48,583 bases of DNA from Sulfurimonas sp. (lineage in GTDB: Bacteria > Campylobacterota > Campylobacteria > Campylobacterales > Sulfurimonadaceae): the NCBI GenBank assembly GCA_027060825.1, contig JALSWC010000154.1:1-48583 (forward strand). The letters run 5' to 3'. Positions 1 to 7,689 of this stretch are shown here, piece by piece. The position numbers and the translations under genes are program-made. The notes beneath the pieces are model-generated. The model made no database searches. It was not told the origin of the DNA and worked only from the letters and a program-made list of their open reading frames with translations. How positions within the stretch are numbered: the first letter of the stretch is position 1; each line of letters begins with the position of its first letter.

Positions 1-181
1 GGAGTTCAATGCCGAGCTTTTTACAACTTCGTTTTACATCAAGTAAGCGTAATTGGTACTCTGAGTATGGATGGATATTGGGGTCATAAAAAAAACCAGT
101 GAGTTTTTCATTGGGGAAATCTTGTTGAAGCTTTTCTAAAAAGAAGTGGCTATCAACACTGCAACAAATATGGACTAAAAT
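1..181 (-). CDS. queH: Epoxyqueuosine reductase QueH (DUF208 family), 5' part; runs off window start; apparent ATT start
   Basis: Manual translation of the minus strand from 181 gives (I/M)LVHICCSVDSHFFLEKLQQDFPNEKLTGFFYDPNIHPYSEYQLRLLDVKRSCKKLGIEL, carrying the HxCC and FYxPNIHPxxEY motifs of QueH. Not in the ORF track. Confidence 0.9.
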   Translation of the reverse strand, partial: MLVHICCSVDSHFFLEKLQQDFPNEKLTGFFYDPNIHPYSEYQLRLLDVKRSCKKLGIEL

Positions 182-207
182 ATGAAATCCTTTTTATATT
201 ATAGAAT

Positions 208-231
208 CGCTGTGTTTAAAAAAACACAGCG
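208..231. terminator. Perfect 10-bp hairpin between the cyclophilin gene and queH (terminator or operator)
   Basis: CGCTGTGTTT-aaaa-AAACACAGCG; the U-tract on the minus strand is weak. Confidence 0.45.
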
Positions 232-249
232 TAAAGACATTTTTTACTT

Positions 250-756
250 TTATGCTCTTTTTTCAAATATTTCTATAGAGTTAATGTCATCTTGTCCCTC
301 AATAGAGTCAAGAACTGCAAAGCTTGCATCATCGTCTTCTTCAATTCCACCAAATACAGTATGTACACCATCTAAATGTGGACATGGCACAAAACAGATG
401 AAAAATTGGCTTCCACCAGTATTTGGTCCTGCATGAGCCATAGAGAGTGTTCCTTTTACATGTTTATGCGTATTTTTTTCAGTTTCACATTTAATAGCCC
501 AATCAGGTCCACCTGTACCAGTTCCTGTAGGGCATCCACCTTGTGCCATAAAGCCAGGGATAACACGGTGAAAGTTTAGGTTGTTATAAAACCCTGTCTC
601 TGCTAAGTGTGCAAAGTTTGCTACTGTATTTGGAGTCTCTTCTGGATAAAGTTTAATCCAAATATCACCCTTACTTGTTGTCATTTTTGCATATTGAAGT
701 TTTGCTAACTCATCTTCGCTTAAGTTGTATTCTTTTAATTCTGTTCTTCCAAACAT
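250..756 (-). CDS. ppi: Cyclophilin-type peptidyl-prolyl cis-trans isomerase
   Basis: FHRVIPGFMAQGG, LSMAHAG, GSQFFI and HLDGVHTVFG motifs. Confidence 0.96.
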   Translation of the reverse strand: MFGRTELKEYNLSEDELAKLQYAKMTTSKGDIWIKLYPEETPNTVANFAHLAETGFYNNLNFHRVIPGFMAQGGCPTGTGTGGPDWAIKCETEKNTHKHVKGTLSMAHAGPNTGGSQFFICFVPCPHLDGVHTVFGGIEEDDDASFAVLDSIEGQDDINSIEIFEKRA

Positions 757-882
757 TTGAAACCTTTGTATTTAAATTTTTGTAATTATAGTAAAAATAA
801 ATTAAGGGGGAACTTCAAGGAAAGATAAATTATTCTAAGATATAATTTTTAAGAACTAAATTTCAGATAAAAAGGCAGATAC

Positions 883-2838
883 ATGTCAGAAAAACAAATT
901 TTTCAACCAAATCCAGAGTTTGCATCAAATGCAAGAATTAAGAGTATGGATGAATACCATACACTTCAAAATAAAGCACTTCATGATTATGAGGGATTTT
1001 GGGGTGATTATGCAAAAGAGAAAATAGATTGGATAGAACCTTTTACAAATGTGTTAGATGAGAGCAAAGCTCCATTTGTTAAGTGGTTTGATGGAGGAAA
1101 GCTTAATGTCGCACACCAATGTATTGACCGTCATTTAGACAGACGCAAAAATAAAGCAGCTATTATTTTTGAAGGAGATAGAGGTGATGTAGAGACTATT
1201 ACATATCTTGATCTTTATAAAAATGTAAACAGATTTGCAAATCTTTTAAAAGAGGATTTTGGAGTAAAAAAAGGGGATAGGGTTGTCATTTATATGCCTA
1301 TGATTCCTGAGGCAGCTTATGCAATGCTTGCATGTGCGAGAATAGGGGCTATTCACTCCATCGTTTTTGGTGGTTTTTCTGCTGAAGCATTAAGAGATAG
1401 AATTGAAGATGCCGAAGCTAAAGTTGTCATTACAGCAGATGGTGCTTTTAGAAAAGAGCGCCCATATATGCTCAAACCTGTTGTTGATGCTGCATTAGAA
1501 GGAGATACACCTGTAAAAAAAGTGCTGGTAGTTGAGAGAAATGGCGAAGATATTGTATGGAAAAAAGGACGCGATTACTCTTATAATGAACTTATTAAAG
1601 ATAAATCAGCAGTATGTGAGTCTGAAGTTATGGAGAGTGAAGATCCTCTCTTTTTACTCTATACTTCAGGGAGTACAGGTAAACCAAAAGGTGTACAACA
1701 TAACTCTGCTGGGTATATTCTTTGGGCTCAGATGACAATGGAGTGGGTATTTGATGTAAAAGAGAATGATACTTACTGGTGTACTGCTGATGTTGGTTGG
1801 ATTACAGGACATACTTATATAGTATATGGTCCACTTGCAATGGGTGCTACAACTGTAATGTTTGAGGGGGTTATTACTTATCCTGATGCAGGTCGTCCAT
1901 GGTCCATGGTTGAAAATCATAGAATTAATCAATTTTATACTGCACCTACTGCTATTCGTGTTTTACATAAAATGGGCGAAGATGAACCAAAAAAATATGA
2001 CTTGTCATCTCTTAAAGTGCTTGGAACTGTTGGGGAGCCAATAGACTCTCCAGCATGGAAATGGTACTACGAGCAGGTAGGTTCAAGTAAGTGTGCAATT
2101 GTAGATACATATTGGCAGACAGAAACAGGTGGGCATATTGTTTCTCCTCTTCCTGGAGCTACTCCTATTAAACCTGCGTGTGCAACGCTTCCTCTTCCTG
2201 GAATTATTGCTGAAATATTAGATCCTGCTACGGGTGAAAAAGCTGAAGTCGGTGAGACTGGTTATATGTGTGTTACAAGACCTTGGCCTGCACAAATTCG
2301 TGGTGTTTGGGGTGATGAAGAGCGTTATATTAAATCATACTATGGTGATGTGAAAAAAGATGGTAAAGCTGTCTATTTTACAGGTGATGGTGCTGTTTAT
2401 GATGAAGATGGTTATATTACGATTACGGGACGAACTGATGATGTCATTAATGTAAGTGGTCATAGAATGGGAACTGCCGAAGTAGAAGCTGCCATTAAAA
2501 AACATCCAAATGTAGCAGAAGTTGCCGTTGTCGGTAAGCCACATGAGTTAAAAGGTGAAGGAATATTTGCATATATTATTCTCAAGTCTGATGATGGTGT
2601 AGCTGATGAGGTTGAAGAGGTAAAAGCCATCAATGGTGTTATTAAAAGAGAGATAGGAAATATTGCTATTTGTGATGATATTGTTTTTGTATCAGGACTT
2701 CCTAAAACACGCTCTGGAAAAATTATGCGTCGTATTTTGCGTGCCATTGCAAAAGGGGAAGCTATTACACAAGATATTTCAACACTTGAAGATCCATCGG
2801 TCGTTGCAAAAATAGCAACTATGGTAAATGGAAAGTAA
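883..2838 (+). CDS. acs: Acetyl-CoA synthetase (acetate-CoA ligase)
   Basis: [14 protein letters not shown]-binding loop, [21 protein letters not shown]. Confidence 0.97.
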   Translation: MSEKQIFQPNPEFASNARIKSMDEYHTLQNKALHDYEGFWGDYAKEKIDWIEPFTNVLDESKAPFVKWFDGGKLNVAHQCIDRHLDRRKNKAAIIFEGDRGDVETITYLDLYKNVNRFANLLKEDFGVKKGDRVVIYMPMIPEAAYAMLACARIGAIHSIVFGGFSAEALRDRIEDAEAKVVITADGAFRKERPYMLKPVVDAALEGDTPVKKVLVVERNGEDIVWKKGRDYSYNELIKDKSAVCESEVMESEDPLFLLYTSGSTGKPKGVQHNSAGYILWAQMTMEWVFDVKENDTYWCTADVGWITGHTYIVYGPLAMGATTVMFEGVITYPDAGRPWSMVENHRINQFYTAPTAIRVLHKMGEDEPKKYDLSSLKVLGTVGEPIDSPAWKWYYEQVGSSKCAIVDTYWQTETGGHIVSPLPGATPIKPACATLPLPGIIAEILDPATGEKAEVGETGYMCVTRPWPAQIRGVWGDEERYIKSYYGDVKKDGKAVYFTGDGAVYDEDGYITITGRTDDVINVSGHRMGTAEVEAAIKKHPNVAEVAVVGKPHELKGEGIFAYIILKSDDGVADEVEEVKAINGVIKREIGNIAICDDIVFVSGLPKTRSGKIMRRILRAIAKGEAITQDISTLEDPSVVAKIATMVNGK

Positions 2839-2896
2839 AATTTCTTTTTAATAGACAAGTGCTATAATTCCATAAATTAATTATAAAGAGTTATTT

Positions 2897-3580
2897 ATGG
2901 AATTATGTGTTGCACTTGACCTTCCTACAGAAGAAGAAAATTTAGCGTTAATTCAAAAGATAAAAGAACACGATGTCTGGCTAAAAGTTGGACTTCGTAC
3001 TTACATTCGTGATGGTGAAACATTTTTAAAAGCCATCAAAAACATCAATCCTGATTTTAAAATATTTTTAGATTTAAAACTTTATGATATTCCAAATACA
3101 ATGGCAGATGCAGCAGAGTCTATTATGGGACTTGGTGTAGATATGTTTAATGTTCATGCAAGTGCAGGTAAGCGTGCCATGAGTACAGTGATGCAAAGAC
3201 TTGAAAAGTATGAAAAGCGTCCTATAGTTTTGGCAGTAACTGCTTTGACCTCATTTAGTGAGGAGGAATTTCAGGCAGTTTATGAATCAGACATTGCAAA
3301 TAAAGCGAATCAATTTGCAAAAGATGCACAAGAGAGTGGGCTTGATGGTGTAGTTTGTTCTGCTTATGAATCAGCATCTATCAAAAATATTACCAATGAA
3401 ACTTTTATGACACTCACCCCTGGCATCCGTCCTTTTGGAGAGGATGCAGGCGATCAAAAACGAGTGGCAGATGTCGCATTTGTAAAAGAGCAAAGGGTAG
3501 ATTTCATTGTTGTTGGGCGTCCTATTTATCAAGCAGAAAACCCTTCAGAAGTTGTAGCGAAAATTTTAGCACAACTTTAA
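2897..3580 (+). CDS. pyrF: Orotidine-5'-phosphate decarboxylase
   Basis: FLDLKLYDIPNT, TPGIRP, VVGRPI; extended -10 TGcTATAAT at about 2860-2868. Confidence 0.96.
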   Translation: MELCVALDLPTEEENLALIQKIKEHDVWLKVGLRTYIRDGETFLKAIKNINPDFKIFLDLKLYDIPNTMADAAESIMGLGVDMFNVHASAGKRAMSTVMQRLEKYEKRPIVLAVTALTSFSEEEFQAVYESDIANKANQFAKDAQESGLDGVVCSAYESASIKNITNETFMTLTPGIRPFGEDAGDQKRVADVAFVKEQRVDFIVVGRPIYQAENPSEVVAKILAQL

Positions 3581-3623
3581 GCTATATATTATTTAACTCT
3601 CACTATAATTCTATTCTTCAAAT

Positions 3624-3713
3624 GGACGAGTGGGTGAGTGGCTGAAACCACATCCCTGCTAAGGATGCGTATGGGTAACTGTACCGAGAGTTCGAATCTC
3701 TCCTCGTCCACCA
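3624..3713 (+). tRNA. tRNA-Ser (anticodon GCT)
   Basis: Acceptor stem GGACGAG/CTCGTCC, anticodon arm CATCC-CTGCTAA-GGATG, long variable arm, T-arm GAGAG-TTCGAAT-CTCTC, encoded CCA; TATAAT at 3604-3609. Confidence 0.97.
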
Positions 3714-3813
3714 CGAAGCTCCAGAATATGCATCGTATATTGAATTTCCACTTTATAAAATAATCTTAAAAATAGTAGAGTTACTTAGTTTCACCGTTGT
3801 TTTTTACCTGCGT

Positions 3814-5523
3814 TTACTGAAATTGCCCAGAGAGTCTTTTATATACTTCTGAACTCTTTAAAAGTTCATTATGTGTGCCAGATGCTACAATGCTTCCTTT
3901 TTGTAATACTAAAATCTTGTCTGCATGCTCAATTGTACTTAATCTATGGGCAATTGTAATGGTGATTTTATCTTTCGTGTATTCACTTAGTGCTTTTTGT
4001 ATGCGTTTCTCACTTTCATTGTCGAGTGCTGAAGTGGCTTCATCAAAGAGGAGGAGAGATGCGTGTTTGTAGATGGCTCTTGCGATGGCTATTCTTTGTC
4101 TTTGTCCACCTGAAAGGTTTGCACCTGATTCACTCATTATGGTATGTATGCCATTTTCAAGCTCTTGCACAAAATCGTAAGCATCTGCTAGTTTGAGTGC
4201 TTTTAGAACTTTTTCTTCATCAATATTTTCTTCTCCATAAGCAACATTTGCTGCTAAAGAGTCTTGAAAAATGTAGATGCGTTGTGTTACAAGGGCAATG
4301 TGATATTTTATTGAGCCTTGGGTAAACTCTTTTATATTTGTACCATTTATAAGTATTGCTCCTTTATCAGGGTCATAAAAACGCAAAAGCATATTTACAA
4401 AAGTAGATTTTCCACCACCGCTGTCACCTACAAGTGCTATATTCTCTCCAGCATTGATTTTGAGGTTCACACCATTTAGGAGATTTGTATCTTCATATTT
4501 TAAAACAACATCTTTATATTCTATCTCTTTAATATCGGCTTGAAGCTCTTTTTTACCATCAATTACAGTGTTTGGAGTATCTATTATTTCAAAGACACGC
4601 TCACTTGCAGCAAGTGCATCTTGAATTTTTGAATAGATACCTCCTATTTTACGAATAGGTTCAAATACAAGCCCAACAGCAGTTAAAAAGGCAGTAAATT
4701 CACCAACAGTCATTTTTCCATCAAAGACCTCTCTACCACCTACATAAACAACAGCCGCAAGACCAGTTACTGCGATGATTTCCATCATAGGAGATACTAA
4801 TGCACCCACATAAATTGCTTTCATATTTATTTTGAAAAATTTCCAATTTTCAATACTGAATCTTTTTATCTCAAATTTTTCAGTATTGTTTGCTTTTATG
4901 ATTTCGCTATTGTTAAAAACTTCAGTTAATCGTGAAACGAGGTCAGCATTTTTACTTTGTGAACGGTGAGAGTATTTTTTTAGTTTTTTTGCTATAAGCA
5001 TAAGTGGATAGATAATTAAAGGTACAACAATAAGTGTATAGAATGAAAGCAGGGGATTAAGATAAATAATGTAGCCAATAAGAGTAATAACAGTAATTCC
5101 ATCACGGAACATATCTGGTAGCATATTTGATACAAAGTATTGAATACGACCTATATCATTTGTAATTCGTGAAATAAGTTCACCACTTCTATTTGTATAT
5201 AAAAATGCCATATCCAGTGAAATCATTTTATGTAGAAGTATTTCACGAAAACGGGTGATAATGCTCTGCCCAATATACTCCATAAATACAGTTTGTATAT
5301 ACTTTCCAATAGCTTTTGTGAGGTAGATGGCAATAAGCCCAAAAGGAATGATATAGAGCATATCTTCTTGTTTTTTAATAAACATATCATCCATCATGGG
5401 TTTCATAATTTGTGCTGTGGCTGCTGTTGAAATAACAATAAGAATACCACCAAAAATAACAAGCATATAGTAGAGTTTATACTCTTTTATATAGGGCCAA
5501 AATCGTTTAATAATTTTTTTCAA
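3814..5523 (-). CDS. msbA: MsbA-like ABC exporter (fused permease/ATPase), likely lipid A flippase
   Basis: N-terminal transmembrane domain, Walker A GDSGGGKS, LSGGQRQR signature, LLLFDEATSALD, IAHRLST; TTG start behind GGAG. Confidence 0.85.
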   Translation of the reverse strand: MKKIIKRFWPYIKEYKLYYMLVIFGGILIVISTAATAQIMKPMMDDMFIKKQEDMLYIIPFGLIAIYLTKAIGKYIQTVFMEYIGQSIITRFREILLHKMISLDMAFLYTNRSGELISRITNDIGRIQYFVSNMLPDMFRDGITVITLIGYIIYLNPLLSFYTLIVVPLIIYPLMLIAKKLKKYSHRSQSKNADLVSRLTEVFNNSEIIKANNTEKFEIKRFSIENWKFFKINMKAIYVGALVSPMMEIIAVTGLAAVVYVGGREVFDGKMTVGEFTAFLTAVGLVFEPIRKIGGIYSKIQDALAASERVFEIIDTPNTVIDGKKELQADIKEIEYKDVVLKYEDTNLLNGVNLKINAGENIALVGDSGGGKSTFVNMLLRFYDPDKGAILINGTNIKEFTQGSIKYHIALVTQRIYIFQDSLAANVAYGEENIDEEKVLKALKLADAYDFVQELENGIHTIMSESGANLSGGQRQRIAIARAIYKHASLLLFDEATSALDNESEKRIQKALSEYTKDKITITIAHRLSTIEHADKILVLQKGSIVASGTHNELLKSSEVYKRLSGQFQ

Positions 5524-5572
5524 TGTCTCTCCAAAAAATATAATATTTGGATGACATTCTACACTATATTAG

Positions 5573-6172
5573 TTAAAGATTTGATTTAAGAATAAGCAAC
5601 CCATTTGTGAGGTTTGTAATAGTACCATTTGTCTCTACTTGTAAAATAGTCATATAGAGATTATTACTCTTGTTTGCGCTACTTAATGCACGATTGAGTG
5701 CGATTGTGAGTGAAGATGAATCATAAAAGAGTGTTTTAAGCGTTTTTGAATCTGGAAAAAATCTACTAGCAGATGATGCTAAAATATATTTTTTACTTAA
5801 AGCTCCTTTTATAACAAAACCCGGTAAAGCATTGTCAACTTTAAAATGTTTTGTTCCTTCTTTTGTCATATTGAAGTCATCTGCAAGTTTTGAAACTGTT
5901 TTTGCTGAGAGTTCTACAGTTTGAAGCACTCTATCATTCATTGCATCCATTTTACTTAGAGTCAGATTCATATCATCTATAATATGCGTACTTGTTTGTA
6001 AACTATTACGCATCACGGTTAGAGTAGCTCTATTTAATGTAGAAGCAGTGTTTGTAGCACAAGAATTGTTGATCTTCGTTGAGTTTGTTTCATCTTTATT
6101 TGAACTCCCACACCCAGTTATAAAAAGAGTGAGAAAAATTGCAAAAGTCGAGAACTTCAATACATTTGTCAT
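5573..6172 (-). CDS. Hypothetical lipoprotein, coiled coil plus beta-rich C-terminal domain; paralog of the upstream gene
   Basis: 199-aa ORF, lipobox-like FITG|C; aligns by eye with 6183..6749. Confidence 0.8.
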   Translation of the reverse strand: MTNVLKFSTFAIFLTLFITGCGSSNKDETNSTKINNSCATNTASTLNRATLTVMRNSLQTSTHIIDDMNLTLSKMDAMNDRVLQTVELSAKTVSKLADDFNMTKEGTKHFKVDNALPGFVIKGALSKKYILASSASRFFPDSKTLKTLFYDSSSLTIALNRALSSANKSNNLYMTILQVETNGTITNLTNGLLILKSNL

Positions 6173-6182
6173 AAAATTCTTC

Positions 6183-6749
6183 TTATTGTAATGTAAGTTT
6201 TACACTGTTTGAAAGTGCTGATATGACATTGCTATTAATACTTTTTACCGCAATATAAATAACATCATTATTTGTTGTTGCAAGATTTGCAACTTGTTCC
6301 CATGCAGCTGAAAGTGTATTAGATGAATTTATATAAATTACAAGGCTATCTGCTCTATTAAATGTATTTTTAGTTGATGCATATAAAAGATATGTTGAAG
6401 CTGAATTTGACAGGCTAATATCTGGAGCAGTCGCTTTTGAAGCGGTACTAGAATCGATTGGTTTTGTTAAAGCGACGCTATTTGTTAAAGATTTGTTGCC
6501 TGTTAAAGTAAGAAGTGTATTTGAAAGTAGTTTTTCTGTTGCGACAATTCTATCTGCCATTGTACCTATTCGATCAGCCATAACACCAATGTCATCTGCA
6601 AGTTTAGAAACAAGTTCTTGTTGGTTCGTTACAGATGTCTGAAGGTTCGTAATACTTGTATTGAGTGCATCACATGTGCATGTTGTAGAATCAGCATAAA
6701 GGTTAAAAGCAAAAATCGTACTGATAAAGAGTGTTCCTAATTTTTTCAT
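6183..6749 (-). CDS. Hypothetical secreted protein with IGxMADR heptad repeats
   Basis: Start moved to ATG 6749 behind a GGAG SD; Sec signal MKKLGTLFISTIFAFNLYA; LADDIGVMADRIGTMADRIVATE. Confidence 0.82.
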   Translation of the reverse strand: MKKLGTLFISTIFAFNLYADSTTCTCDALNTSITNLQTSVTNQQELVSKLADDIGVMADRIGTMADRIVATEKLLSNTLLTLTGNKSLTNSVALTKPIDSSTASKATAPDISLSNSASTYLLYASTKNTFNRADSLVIYINSSNTLSAAWEQVANLATTNNDVIYIAVKSINSNVISALSNSVKLTLQ

Positions 6750-6780
6750 AAATATCTCCAAGGTGTTGTTGTGTGTCGCA

Positions 6781-6833
6781 ATTTTAGTCTATAAAATATT
6801 AAATAAAGTTTAAAGTGTAGATTGTGCTATAAT
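6781..6833. promoter_or_regulatory. Divergent sigma70-type -10 boxes for the secreted pair (minus) and HDOD-polA (plus)
   Basis: TAAAAT on minus at 6781-6786; TGcTATAAT on plus at 6825-6833. Confidence 0.5.
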
Positions 6834-6864
6834 TAGAAATAAAAAAATTATTAAGGTATATTTT

Positions 6865-7689
6865 ATGAAGAGTTCAATTGTTAAAAGTATTAAATCACTT
6901 CCTCCACTTTCTAAAACTATTTTAGAAATTAATAGGATCTATACTGATGATGAAACGGGTGTTACAGAATTATCGAGAGTAATTGCACATGATCCTATGA
7001 TAGTCGCAAATCTTCTAAAAAATGCAAATTCTCCTCTGTATGGTTTTGCAAAAGAGATAAAAAATATTTCACAGGCTATTTCTCTTTTTGGAATGAGTAT
7101 GACACGATCTATTGCTCTTGGAAATTCTATAAAAAAACTTTTAAATATTGATATGCAACCTTATGGTGTAACAAGTGAAAAGTTTGCTGAAATTTCTGAG
7201 ATGCAAGCGACTTTAATGCTGAAATGGTATGAAAAAGTAGATAAAAAAAAGGCTGATGATTTATATCTTGCAGCATTTTTGCAAGAGACAGGAAAAATTT
7301 TAATTGCGAGTGATATTATTCAAGAAGATGAAGATGTGAGTTTTAAGGCTGAGGTTGAGTTTTCAAATAATCTTGCACAGTTAGAAAAATCGTATGTTGA
7401 TGTAAGTAGCTCTGAAGTAACTGCAGAAGTATTTAATCACTGGGGATTTGATAAAAAATTTATAGATATGATTCGCTATTCAGATAATCCTATAGCTGCA
7501 CCACGAGAGGTTGCCGAGTATGCCACTGCCTTGAATATTGTTAAAACTGTTTTGCCAATTAATAAACCTTTTTCAGAGCAGGCAATTAACTTTGGTTTGA
7601 GAAAAGCGCGTGATGCTGGGTATGATTATGAGATGCTTGAAGATGTTATTGATGATATGCTTGATGCAATTGAGGATTCTCATGAGTAA
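6865..7689 (+). CDS. HDOD domain signal-transduction protein
   Basis: LPPL...DPMIVANLLKNANSPLYG...AISLFG, AAFLQETGK, HWGF pattern. Confidence 0.9.
   Translation: MKSSIVKSIKSLPPLSKTILEINRIYTDDETGVTELSRVIAHDPMIVANLLKNANSPLYGFAKEIKNISQAISLFGMSMTRSIALGNSIKKLLNIDMQPYGVTSEKFAEISEMQATLMLKWYEKVDKKKADDLYLAAFLQETGKILIASDIIQEDEDVSFKAEVEFSNNLAQLEKSYVDVSSSEVTAEVFNHWGFDKKFIDMIRYSDNPIAAPREVAEYATALNIVKTVLPINKPFSEQAINFGLRKARDAGYDYEMLEDVIDDMLDAIEDSHE

Noticed and set aside
88-95. Eight-base A/T homopolymer in queH as a phase-variation tract
   Set aside because: In frame and encodes the conserved GFFY; such runs are common in AT-rich DNA
182-579. Plus-strand ORFs 182..436 and 376..579, and the many short ORFs antisense or out of frame within long genes
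   Set aside because: Shadow ORFs of well-supported genes, with no recognisable motifs
3714-3813. Integration site or island downstream of tRNA-Ser (likewise tRNA-Leu)
   Set aside because: No integrase seen and no duplicated tRNA 3' end noticed in the window
3814-5572. MsbA-like ABC transporter as a dedicated exporter for the secreted pair
   Set aside because: The pair carry Sec/lipoprotein signals, the ABC gene has its own TAGAAT box and SD, and it resembles housekeeping MsbA
7610-7681. N-terminal extension of PolA given in the ORF track
   Set aside because: Lies inside the HDOD gene; Pol I similarity starts at ATG 7682. Similar start corrections were applied to acnB, secA, fumC and the gene at 6749.
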